A DNA stretch of 63,685 bases, counting the filler, from Octopus bimaculoides (Eukaryota), in NCBI RefSeq assembly GCF_001194135.2. It is 13 parts of 11 records of this genome, joined end to end, with 100 filler letters (N's around TTAATTAATTAA, not from the genome) between each part and the next. Parts side by side here need not be neighbours in the genome. Positions count along the whole stretch, not along the records: positions 1 to 7,109 come from NW_026391249.1; positions 7,210 to 11,896 come from NC_068987.1; 11 more parts are not named here. One strand, given 5' to 3'. A model generated the notes under the pieces. The model was not told where the DNA came from. It was given only the letters and a program-made list of their open reading frames with translations, and did no database searches. Positions 1 through 9,900 of the stretch are shown in pieces (positions within the stretch are counted from its first letter, which is position 1; each line of letters starts with the position of its first letter). The translations under genes were made by a program, and so were the position numbers.

Positions 1-31
<31 letters not shown>

Positions 32-364
32 TACACAAATTCGACTGTCATCACAAACACTTGTACACGCATATGTACACAAGAACATACACTAACACAT
101 GCATACGAACACGCACATACATATACGTACACAAGCATAAGCCTATACACGCGTAGTCAGACGGAGATACAAACACACTTACACCAGAACGAATTCACAC
201 ACACAAGCACACACATACACATGGCTACACACACACACACATACTCGAACCTACACACACACATACAAATAATACACTTACAAATATACTCACATAAAAC
301 GCACACAAGCACACACACACACACACACACACATATGGACATATACACACAGAGACTATACTCA

Positions 365-396
<32 letters not shown>

Positions 397-953
397 ACGC
401 ACACGCACACGCACACGCACACACGCGCGCGCGCGTACACAGGCATATGGACACACGATCACCGCTACACACACACAAACAAGCATACAAACGCACACAA
501 ATACACATAGACACACATATATATACACACATAAACACACACACACACACAAACACATATACATACACACTAATACACATACCTACAAACATACACACAC
601 ACATAAACACACGCGCACACAAATACACACACACACAAATGCACGCGCACACACAAATACACACACACAGGCATACGAACACACAATCACCGCTACACAC
701 ACACACACACACACGTCCACGAACACTCATATATACACACAAACGCACACATACATACAGGCATATGAACACACACACACACACAGGCACAGGTACACAT
801 ACGCACGAAAACATACATGTACATGAACACACACGATCACCGCTACACACACACACACACACACGTGCGAAAGCGCGCATATACACACATATGAAGGTAC
901 ATATATTCACACATGCGAACATACGCTCTCTCACTCACACACACACACGAACA
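1..953. repeat. Compound (CA)n-rich microsatellite carrying a recurring ~30-nt motif AGGCATAYGRACACACRATCACCGCTACAC
   Basis: CA dinucleotide runs; motif seen at ~441-470, 669-698 and ~819-848. Confidence 0.9.
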
Positions 954-1504
954 NNNNNNNNNNNNNNNNNNNNNNNNNNNNNNNNNNNNNNNNNNNNNNN
1001 NNNNNNNNNNNNNNNNNNNNNNNNNNNNNNNNNNNNNNNNNNNNNNNNNNNNNNNNNNNNNNNNNNNNNNNNNNNNNNNNNNNNNNNNNNNNNNNNNNNN
1101 NNNNNNNNNNNNNNNNNNNNNNNNNNNNNNNNNNNNNNNNNNNNNNNNNNNNNNNNNNNNNNNNNNNNNNNNNNNNNNNNNNNNNNNNNNNNNNNNNNNN
1201 NNNNNNNNNNNNNNNNNNNNNNNNNNNNNNNNNNNNNNNNNNNNNNCTAACACACGCGCGCATGCGCTGTGCATTAAAAATGTGCGAGAGACGAAGCATA
1301 ATTAATTTTAAAACCCATTAAAACGAGATCCGTCGGTGAATGTGGGGGGAGGAAGAGAAGAGAGGGGGGGGCGAAAAAACATGGAAGGAAGATAGAAAAT
1401 TAAAATTTATAATCAAATGAAATTCAATTTAAAAGAAGTCATTACTATTTCGAATTCAATTAAGCAACCATCAAGAAATACCACTGCCTGTGATATTCTG
1501 CATG

Positions 1505-1680
1505 TTGCTTATTTCACTCGTTTGACTGCGGCCATGCTGGGGCACCGCCTCGAAGAATTTTTAGTCGAACTTAACCGACCCAACGAGTTGTCGTGTTTGT
1601 TGTAAAACCTGGTAATTGATCTGTCGGTGTGTTTTTTGCCGAAGCGCTAAAGTTAAGGGGATGTGAACACACACACAAAG
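1505..1680 (-). mobile_element. SINE family A, 3' module only, degenerate
   Basis: TTTGACTGCGGCCATGCTGGGGCACCGCC and TTGCCGAAGCGCTAA match the full-length copies at 3926-4337 and 55254-55660. Confidence 0.7.
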
Positions 1681-1713
1681 ACACTCCACCGCAACACACG
1701 CACACACACGCGC

Positions 1714-1752
<39 letters not shown>

Positions 1753-1884
1753 GGGTGTGTGTGTATTATTTACTAAACACACTATGTGCTTTTATATATT
1801 ACTATTAGTTTTATGTGCGAAGAGCATGCCAAACAGAATTTTTGAATACATCTGGTGCCCTTGCACAATCATCAGGCACTATAC

Positions 1885-2040
1885 CGCAGGCTTCTTTCAG
1901 TTTCCAAATCAACTCACAAGGTTTTGGTGGGCCTGAGGTTATAGTAGGAGACACTTGCTCATGGTGCCATGCAATGGGACTGAACCCGGAACCACGTGTT
2001 TGGGAAGAAAAAGTCTTACCACACAGCCACGTCTGTGCCT
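1885..2040 (-). mobile_element. SINE family A, 5' module (tRNA-like head and central body)
   Basis: Reverse complement of the GTGGCTGTGTGGTAAG...GGTTCAGTCCC...GGAAACTGAAAGAAGCC unit. Confidence 0.8.
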
Positions 2041-2049
2041 GTTATATTT

Positions 2050-2250
2050 TGTCTTTTACTTGTTTCAGTCACTGGATTGCGGCCATGCTGGGGCTCCACC
2101 TAGAAGGGTATTTAATCGAAGTGAACGGCCGGACTGCTGATAGTATTTTTATTTATTTAATCTATTTATTTCAATCTTGTCTTTATTGTATTGGTTTCTT
2201 TTTGCTGAACCGCTAATGTTACAGAACGTAACCAAACCTGCGCCGGTTGT
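2050..2250 (-). mobile_element. SINE family A, 3' module variant
   Basis: TTTACTTGTTTCAGTCA...GCGGCCATGCTGGGG...GAACCGCTAA...GGTTGTCAAGCG. Confidence 0.7.
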
Positions 2251-2333
2251 CAAGCGGTAGTAGGTCATTCCCGAATCATATTGATGCATTGGACTGGTTT
2301 CTCGATTTCCATGGTGTGTATAATTTCACACCT

Positions 2334-2506
2334 GGACAGGTCGCCAGTCCCTCGAAGATTTCTCATTTTGGTCATCTGAGCGAATTGACGCAAAGTGAAA
2401 AAAAAGTGTTTTGCTCTAGAGCACAACGTGTTGCCCAGACCAGAAATCGAAACCGCAGTCATATTATCAGGAGCCCGACGCCCTAACTACTAAGCCATAC
2501 GCCTCC
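2334..2506 (-). mobile_element. tRNA-derived SINE, third family, with CORE-like body
   Basis: On - strand GGAGGCGTATGGCTTAGTAGTTAGGG (A-box-like) and GGTTTCGATTTC (B-box-like). Confidence 0.6.
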
Positions 2507-2513
2507 TCAAGCA

Positions 2514-2896
2514 TTGGTGGCACTCCGTCGCTTACGACGACGAGGGTTCCAGTTGATCCAATCAACGGAACAGCCTACTCGTGAAATTAACGTGCAAGTG
2601 GCTGAGTACTCCACAGACACGTGTAACCTTAACGTAGTGCTCGGGAAGATTCAGCGTGACACAGAGCGTGACATGGCTGGCCCTTTGAAATAACTGTGCA
2701 ACAGAAACAGGAATAAAGAGTGAGAGAAAGTTGTAGTGAAAGCGTACATAGGGTTGGCCACCACCCCTTGCTGGAGCCTCGTGGAGCTTTTAGGTGTTTT
2801 CGCTCAATAAACACTCACAACGCCCGGTCCGAGAATCGAAACCGCGTTCCTACGATCGCGAGTCCGCTGCCCTAACCACTGGGCCATTACGCCTAC
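2514..2896 (-). mobile_element. Full-length tRNA-derived SINE, fourth family
   Basis: On - strand GGCGTAATGGCCCAGTGGTTAGGGCAGCGGACTCGCGATCGTAGGAACGCGGTTTCGATTCTCGG head, then a ~300-nt body ending CGTCGTAAGCGACGGAGTGCCA. Confidence 0.7.
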
Positions 2897-3155
2897 ATTA
2901 GAAGGACACAAACATCAGAGACACGTGCAGTCATAGACATATATATTTTGTCTTTCTGGTTTCAGTNNNNNNNNNNNNNNNNNNNNNNNNNNNNNNNNNN
3001 NNNNNNNNNNNNNNNNNNNNNNNNNNNNNNNNNNNNNNNNNNNNNNNNNNNNNNNNNNNNNNNNNNNNNNNNNNNNNNNNNNNNNNNNNNNNNNNNNNNN
3101 NNNNNNNNNNNNNNNNNNNNNNNNNNNNNNNNNNNNNNNNNNNNNNNNNNNNNNN

Positions 3156-3172
3156 GTGTGTCTGTGTGTAGA

Positions 3173-3206
<34 letters not shown>

Positions 3207-3460
3207 TGTAGCGGTGATTGTGTGTTCGTACGCCTCTATGTGCGTGTGTGTGTGTGTGTGTGTATATATGTTTGTGTGTATGTGTATTTGTGTGTGTGTT
3301 TTTATGTATGTGTATGTGTGTATGTGTTCATGTGTGTGTGTGTGTGTATGTATGTGTGTGTGTATGCTCGTGTCTGAGTGTGTGTGGTGGTGATCGTGTG
3401 TGTTCGCATGCCTGTGTATGTGTGAGCCTTCGTGTGTGTGCGTGTAGGTGACATAGGCCG
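3156..3460. repeat. (GT)n-rich compound repeat, inverted copy of the 1-953 repeat
   Basis: 3206-3235 reverse complement matches 669-698 at 29/30 positions. Confidence 0.85.
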
Positions 3461-3477
3461 TACATTTTGAAAATACC

Positions 3478-3600
3478 GTCACGTATGGCTGTATGGTAAG
3501 AAGTTTGCCTCCCAACTACATGGCACGAGGTTCGAACTCATAACGTGGCACTTTGGGTAAGCGAGTCTTCTGCTATAGCACCGGGTCTTCTAAGTAGATT
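3478..3600 (+). mobile_element. SINE family A, 5' module, degenerate
   Basis: TGGCTGTATGGTAAGAAG...GGTTCGAACTCA...GTGGCACTTTGGGTAAG. Confidence 0.65.
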
Positions 3601-3686
3601 CGATAGTGAGAAAGTGAGAAAAATCCGTATCTGTACGCGCATGCGTGTGTGTCTGTGTGTATTTGTATGAGCGCGCGCGCGCGCGC

Positions 3687-3727
<41 letters not shown>

Positions 3728-3744
3728 CTGGTTCCGCACCATAG

Positions 3745-3900
3745 CTAAATATGTGTTTACGTTCTTGTAAGGTAGCGGTTGGGCAAAATTATCGATAAAA
3801 TAAACATCACATCTTAAAATAGCAGGTGCTGGGGATGATTTCTTCGACTAATCTCTTCAAGGCAATGCCCTAGCATGGCCGCAGTCCAATGAAGGAGAAA
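3745..3900 (+). mobile_element. SINE family A, 3' module variant
   Basis: TGTTTACGTTC...TAGCGGTT...GCATGGCCGCAGTCCAATGA. Confidence 0.55.
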
Positions 3901-3925
3901 AGTAGATGATGATGATGTATGCATA

Positions 3926-4135
3926 CTCTCTTTACCCTTTAACTCTTGTACTTGTTTCAATCATTTGACTGCGGCCTTGCTGGAGCACCGCCTTTAGTCG
4001 AGCAAATCGACCCCAGAGCTTATTCTTTCTAAGCCTAGTACTTATTCTATCGGTCACTTTTGCCGAACCGCTAAGTTACGGGGACGTAAACACACCAGTT
4101 TCTGTTGTCAAGCGATGTTGCGGGGACAAACACAG

Positions 4136-4169
<34 letters not shown>

Positions 4170-4337
4170 GCATATACGGTGGGCTTCTTCCAGTTTCCAT
4201 CTACCAAATCCAATCACAAGGCTTTGGTCGGCCCCAGGCTATAGTAAGAAACACTTGTCCAAGGTGCCACGTAGTGGGACTGAACCCGAAACCATGTGGT
4301 TGCTAAGCAAGCTACTTACCACACAGCCACTCCTGCG
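3926..4337 (-). mobile_element. Full-length SINE family A (tRNA head, body, internal (TA)n/(CA)n, 3' module, (TAAAAGAG)n tail)
   Basis: Colinear with 55254-55660 in reverse orientation. Confidence 0.9.
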
Positions 4338-4620
4338 CTATATATATATCATCGGTACGTAGGTTAATCGTTTTTTTATTTAGTATTGTTTCATTTGTCT
4401 TGCCCTTTTACAGTCTGTCGTCTCGCTGAAATTTTACTAAGAACATATTCTTCGTGGTTAGATGATTCGGCATCTATTTCTAGCATATAGGAGTCCACTT
4501 TTGTTGGTCATTCCTCTTATTTGTGTATGTAATATAATTTTAATCTTCGGATTTTTTTTAATATGCTGGACCACTGGTTTTAATTGATTAATATCAATTT
4601 CTACCCATATTATCAAATTT

Positions 4621-4652
<32 letters not shown>

Positions 4653-4664
4653 TCCTTTATTTAT

Positions 4665-4785
4665 TGACTTGTTTCAGTCATTTGACTGCGGCCATGCTGG
4701 AGCACCGCCTTTAGTCGATCAAATCGACCCCAGGACTTATTCTTTGGAAGCCTAGTACTTATTCTATCGATCTCTTTTGCCGACT
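4665..4785 (-). mobile_element. SINE family A, 3' module
   Basis: TTGTTTCAGTCATTTGACTGCGGCCATGCTGGAGCACCGCCTTTAGTCG. Confidence 0.85.
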
Positions 4786-5215
4786 AATGTACAGATTTTA
4801 TATATATTAACGCATCAGAGGTAGTCAGGATTTGGGAGAATTACTTATTAACGTTTTCGTGTCATTCGTTTCCGAGACACTTCAGATATTTTTTGTTAGA
4901 GAAAATTTCTGTATTTCGTGTAAATCTAGAAGAGAATATCTATTTCTTTATATGTGAGTGTGTCTGTCTGCGTGCATGTATGCGTTTGCGGTAATTTATT
5001 GTAGGTTTGGTTAGAGGGAAGAAAAAAAAGAGAGGAAAAAGAAAATAATGGAAAGAAAGAAGAGAAGAAAGAAAGACAGCAAGGAGAGGAGAGAAAATGA
5101 GAAGAAAGAAACAGACACAAATAAAAAAGAAAGGTACGAATGAGCTTTTTTTCTTTTTTTTGTCAGGTGACTTTTATTGTATTTCTACGTTCAGTTACTT
5201 TACAGCTGTTTGGAT

Positions 5216-5341
5216 TTCAAGATGTCAATTTGAAGATGTCAATTTGAAGATGTCAGCTTCAAGATGTCAGCTTCAAGATGTCAGCTTCAAGATGTCAGCT
5301 TCAAGATGTCAACTTCAAGATGTCAACTTCAAGATGTCAGT
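5216..5341. repeat. 14-bp minisatellite, 9 units of TT(C/G)AAGATGTCA(AT/GC/AC/GT)
   Basis: Counted unit by unit from 5216. Confidence 0.95.
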
Positions 5342-5439
5342 TTCGATTACTTATTGCCTTGAAGGCGTCTCTCCCACATTTTCTCTCTGTGCATGTTCGT
5401 TTTTATGTGTGGGTGTGGCGAATTTAACAGTGTTAGGTG

Positions 5440-5620
5440 TGGGGGGTTAAGTCGACTACATCGACCCCCAGTGTTCAGCTGGTACTTATTTTATCCATCC
5501 CGATAAGTTTCAAGACAAAATCGAACTCGGCAAAATTTGAACTCAGAATGTCAACTCGGACGAAATGTCGCTGAGCATTTTTGTCCGGCATGATAACGAT
5601 TCTGCCAGTTCACCACCGTC
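5440..5620 (-). mobile_element. SINE family B (tRNA-like head, GAGTTCAAATT B-box)
   Basis: Reverse complement of the unit at 43588-43810. Confidence 0.8.
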
Positions 5621-5848
5621 ATAATAATAATAATCCTTTCTACAAAGGGCACAAGGCCTGAAATTTTGCGGGAGGGGGGAACTAGTCGATTATATCGATC
5701 TCAGTATTTCACTGGTACTTGATTTATCGACCTCGAAAGGATGAAAGGCAAAGTCGACCTTGGCAAAATTTGGACTCAGAATGTAAAGACGGACGAAATA
5801 CCGTTAAGCATTTTGTCCGGCGGGCTAACGATTCTGCTAGCTCGCTTT
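5621..5848 (-). mobile_element. SINE family B, full length with (ATT)n tail
   Basis: Same motifs as 37620-37796; (AAT)n at 5621-5633 is its tail. Confidence 0.85.
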
Positions 5849-5849
5849 C

Positions 5850-6090
5850 ATAATAATAATAATGAGCAGTAGTGGGGAAGCATCATAGCCATGTGTTGAA
5901 AGGAATTCTTTTGGGTTTGGATAATTCACCTTTGGAAACATGAATGTTTCACTCATCATCCTGAAACAACCCTTATTCAGGGACCTTTTGAGCAGGATGG
6001 GCTACTCAGCGTGAAGAAAATTCTAACTGGGCCTCCACCTGGAAGGTCATGCGCTGTTAATCCTGATATGAGATCACCAGATGGGTAGTC
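5850..6090 (-). mobile_element. Unclassified retroposon fragment with (ATT)n tail
   Basis: Complex sequence ending in (AAT)n at 5850-5863; family not identified. Confidence 0.35.
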
Positions 6091-6161
6091 GTAATGGGTA
6101 TATTGGGTTTCGTGTATTTTACGCCAGGGTCACTTTTATGACATACACTGCTCCCTCACTC

Positions 6162-6190
<29 letters not shown>

Positions 6191-6192
<2 letters not shown>

Positions 6193-6915
6193 GTGATGAT
6201 GATTTAGACCAGAAGTACACTCATCAGTGGCTACGGACCTCAAGGCTAAAGGCAGAGATTGATTGCTTTATTATGGCTTCCTAAGATCAGAGCTTATTGA
6301 CCCGGAACTATCAAGCCAATGTGATGAAAAATGTTGTAGACCTAAAGTGCCAATACTGCAATGATGGAATTGAAACAGTGGACCACCTAATCTCTGGGTG
6401 CAAGGCTTTAGCACCTGTAGAGTACAAATCAAGACATGACAGAGTTGGCCAATATCTACACTGGATAATGCATGAACATTATAAAATCAAAACTGCAGAC
6501 AACTGGTACAAACACCACACTGAGGGAGAAGGTGTCACGGTTCTTTGGGACTTCCCAGTATGTACAGACCATAACATCGAAGCTAAATAAACCAGATATT
6601 GATGTGAAAGACCAAAACAATAAAGTCTGTTTATTGTCTTCACTGCTACGTCACACGTATTGAGAAGAGCGTTGTCGCTGTAAATTTTGTTTCTCTTTTT
6701 TCCCTTTATTTTCTGTCTACTTTTTTATGTTTTATTTTTTCCTTTTTCTCTCTGTCTTTCTTCCCCGTTTTCTCCATCACATGACTTTGTACATTAACAA
6801 TCTGGTGTGTTTATTTTAATGGCCTACCAATGTATACAGTAGGTTTCTCTGCCCTAGGTGTCAGGAAGCCACAACCGGCAAGAAATGAAAACGGAATTGA
6901 AAGGTGATGCTAATT
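6191..6915 (+). mobile_element. R4/Dong-clade non-LTR retrotransposon 3' end (CCHC finger and restriction-like endonuclease, internally deleted) with 3' UTR
   Basis: KCQYCNDGIETVDHLISGC...RHDRVGQYLHW...LWDFPVCTD...PDIDVKD and C-terminal TSHVLRRALSL*; (AAT)n on both sides. Confidence 0.85.
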
Positions 6916-6931
6916 AACAATAATGATGATA

Positions 6932-6963
<32 letters not shown>

Positions 6964-6974
6964 GATGATAATAA

Positions 6975-7090
6975 TGATTTTATTTATTTGCCACAAGGGC
7001 GAAAGATGAGGGGGACAATACAGAGACAGTCGTAAAGTGTGAGGGTTTACATATAATAATGAAATGATAAATAATAAAAAGTATACACGG
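6975..7090 (-). mobile_element. LINE-like 3' tail (GCCCTTGTGGCAAATAAA followed by (ATT)n)
   Basis: Same tail motif as 7210-7525 in opposite orientation. Confidence 0.35.
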
Positions 7091-7132
7091 TGAACATTGG
7101 GGGGGGGGGNNNNNNNNNNNNNNNNNNNNNNN

Positions 7133-7145
7133 NNNNNNNNNNNNN
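7133..7145. other. Scaffolding pad TTAATTAATTAA inside N-gaps; recurs about a dozen times in the window
   Basis: Always embedded between ~50-N runs; stops in all six frames. Confidence 0.9.
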
Positions 7146-7209
7146 NNNNNNNNTTAATTAATTAANNNNNNNNNNNNNNNNNNNNNNNNNNNNNNNNNNN
7201 NNNNNNNNN

Positions 7210-7501
7210 AAGGTAATGTAAAAGGAGAAAGGGTTCTATACCCCTTTCTTATTTTTTCTGACCAGGCTCCCGTGGTTTTATGGGTTTTTCCACGTGAACC
7301 TTTCCTTTTTCGAAGCGCCTCCCCCTTTGGGAGTTCTACTTATTTATTTATCTATTTATTTGTTATATCTTCCTCCGTTTTCTTCCTCTGTTTAGACGAA
7401 CTTTCCTACCTTTTCGGACAAAACCTTTTGTAACCTTCGTCCTGTCTTTGTCCTTATATGTTTTTAATTGATATAGCCCTTGTGGCCAATAAAACGAACG
7501 A

Positions 7502-7525
<24 letters not shown>
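7210..7525 (+). mobile_element. LINE-like 3' UTR and tail (GCCCTTGTGGCCAATAAAACGAACGAA(TTA)n)
   Basis: Pyrimidine-rich UTR, AATAAA and (TTA)n tail; clade uncertain. Confidence 0.35.
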
Positions 7526-7534
<9 letters not shown>

Positions 7535-8300
7535 TCCGCCTTAGCGAGGTATTGTTTTCGGTCGTGTTTGTATGTTTGTCTTTGGACAAGATATCTCAAG
7601 AACCACTGGGTGGATACGGATGAAACTTTCAGGGATGTTTGGCCACGTGACTGGCACGAACTGATTAGACTTTGGGATCGATCAGGTACCGGACAAGGAT
7701 TATAAATTGTTTGTTATATTTAATTTACTTTACATGAAGTATTAGATCTATCTTTGACTCTATCTTAATAGAAACTGATGGATAAAGAAATCAAGCTACA
7801 TAAACAAACAGAATGGCAGTAAAAGCGTTCAGATATTAACACTAACATATTCAATAACAATAATAAATTTAATTTATCCACGACAATTTTTAGTTTTACG
7901 AATTTTTAATATATTGCTCCTGTTTAAAACCTCTTACATATTTGACAACTGCATTTGTAGCTCTGCCTTGAAGGAAGCTTTACTTCTTGGACTCACGTTT
8001 TTGTGTGTAACGATGTTGTTAAACCTCAATTAAAAGCATCTTATGCAGGTCCTTTCCATTTTCTTTCACGCACGGATAAATTTTTCACTATAGATCTTAA
8101 TGGTCGTATCAGTGGATAGACTAAAAAAGGCCTTCATAGAGAAAATTGTCCCTGTTCCTACTGCAGACGACACACACAGCATTACAAACACGGCCCGCAC
8201 ACCCAGCTTTACATTCCATGACTACCATTAGGATCAATCAGGTACCGGACAAGGATTCTGGATTAATTTTCCGGTTTTTACTTAATTTTGAGAGCGGTAA
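7524..8300 (+). mobile_element. Probable Helentron-associated (HINE-like) non-autonomous element, interrupted at 7702-8230
   Basis: Starts TTACCTCCGCC...GAGGT...GTTTGT(A)TGTTTGT like fish and invertebrate HINE-type elements; 27-bp direct repeat at 7675-7701 and 8231-8257. Confidence 0.4.
7988..8141 (+). mobile_element. Gypsy integrase C-terminal (GPY/F) fragment, frameshifted
   Basis: THVFVCNDVVKPQLKASYAGPFHFLSRTDKFFTIDLNG / SVDRLKKAF. Confidence 0.6.
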
Positions 8301-8304
8301 AACA

Positions 8305-8374
8305 CTAGGGTCGATGTAATCGACTAGTCCCCCCCCCCCGCTAAACTTCAGGCCTTGTGTTTTTAGTAGAAGGG

Positions 8375-8425
<51 letters not shown>
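8305..8425 (+). mobile_element. SINE family B 3' part with long (ATT)n
   Basis: GGGTCGATGTAATCGACTAG...GGCCTTGTG...(ATT)n. Confidence 0.7.
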
Positions 8426-8428
<3 letters not shown>

Positions 8429-9170
8429 TAGTCTTATTTTTATAGCGTGCTTTCACTTCACTACCGAGCGCAGCTCTGTGTGCCTTGGGATATGTGCTGT
8501 AGTTTGCTGTGATGCTCTTATGGTTACTGTATTGAAAGTGTTTTGCGTACGATGTGTGCAGTGCCCAGTAGTGCAATGTTCTGTATGTTATATATACTTT
8601 TAAGTCCTGGTGTTTTTGTTATGTATTTTTCTGAATATTTTTTTATCATACCTAATGCGCCTACTATGATAGGAATTGTTTCTGTTTTTAGATTCCACAT
8701 TCGAGTTACCTCTATTTCCAGGTCTTTCTATTTTGAAAGTTTCTCCATTTCTTTTAGAGAAAAGTTGTCATCTGCTGGTATTGATACATCAATTAGAAAG
8801 CATTTTTTTCTTTGTGATCTCTGACAACTATATCTGGTCTATTGGCCTAATTTCTCTATCTGTGTGTATTGGCATATTCCAGAGTATGGTTGCTTTCTCG
8901 TTTTCTGTGACCTTTTTCTGGCGTGTGCCGATACCAACTGTTTTTGTTGCTATTCCATAGTATTGGCATAGCTTCCAGTGTATATAGGTCCCAGCTCTGT
9001 CGTGTCTGTGAATATGTTCCTTCTTAGCCAGGACTGGGCAGCCAGAAATAATATGGTTTATTGTTTCTTGTCCATCGCCACATATTCTGCAGTTACCTGT
9101 TATGTTTCTTTTCATTATAAGTCTTTGGCTATTTCTGGGAAAGGCAGGCAGTTTTCCCCTATCTGTTGTC
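8426..9170 (-). mobile_element. Second R4/Dong-clade LINE 3' end, frameshifted
   Basis: CRICGDGQETINHIISGC...RHDRAG...LWNMPIHTD / PDIVVRDHKEKKCFLIDVSIP...LLGTAHIVRKTLSIQ* (stop at 8524-8526); ~100-nt UTR then (TAA)n. Confidence 0.9.
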
Positions 9171-9597
9171 CCTGACGAAAGCGCCTGTGTAGTGGATGAT
9201 ACTGAAATGACCAAAGACAGAATCTGAATTTTTCTCACAAGCCCTAATCCACTATTCCCAGTTTCACTTAAAATAGAAAAGGAAGGAACAGAGTGAGGTG
9301 CTACACCACCAAGTAAATCCAACGATAGGTCAGCGAGAGTAGTGAATATGTAAATGAGCTTACTCTAAGCATGCGCCTAGGGATGAAAACTATAAATGAG
9401 AGAGGGCATTTACACTTCGTGGTCAAGGTGATTGTTGTTTTGCGGGCTTTCCTTAATTGGTTTAACCAGCTAACCTTCTTGAAGAGGAATCTTGTTTGAC
9501 GGGGTTTTGTTGTTGTTTTTATTCCCCTTTGAACATCCTGTAAAGCCCCCGCCTTAATTATAGTTGTTTTCTTTGAGATTTTGTTGCTTATAAAGAG

Positions 9598-9754
9598 ATC
9601 ATCGTCGTCGTCATCATCATCATCATCATCATCGTCGTTATCGTCATAGTCGTCATCGTCATAGTCGGCATCACGCCATAGTCATCGTCGTCGTCATTGT
9701 CATAGTCGTCATTATCATCATCACCCCTACCATCATCACCCCTACCATCATCAC

Positions 9755-9789
<35 letters not shown>

Positions 9790-9811
9790 ACAGCAGCAAC
9801 AACACAGCAAC

Positions 9812-9870
<59 letters not shown>

Positions 9871-9900
9871 CAGCAGCAGCAGCAACACAAGCAACAACAG
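9598..9900. repeat. Compound trinucleotide repeat (CRT)n/(CAT)n/(TAG)n/(CAG)n
   Basis: Direct inspection. Confidence 0.9.

Noticed and set aside
157-1305. Long HT/CV/YI-rich ORFs here and throughout the ORF track
   Set aside because: They are translations of (CA)n, (TA)n and (TAGA)n microsatellites or N-gaps, not genes
4410-4470. Hammerhead-like remnant on - strand (CCACGA...GAGAC...GTA)
   Set aside because: Core has several substitutions and stem II is poor; cannot be supported from one copy
7133-7145. Recurrent TTAATTAATTAA palindrome
   Set aside because: Always sits inside N-runs; an assembler pad, not biological
9170-9225. CTGACGA...TGAAA at the 5' edge of the Dong fragment
   Set aside because: No stem II pairing and no NUH or stem I
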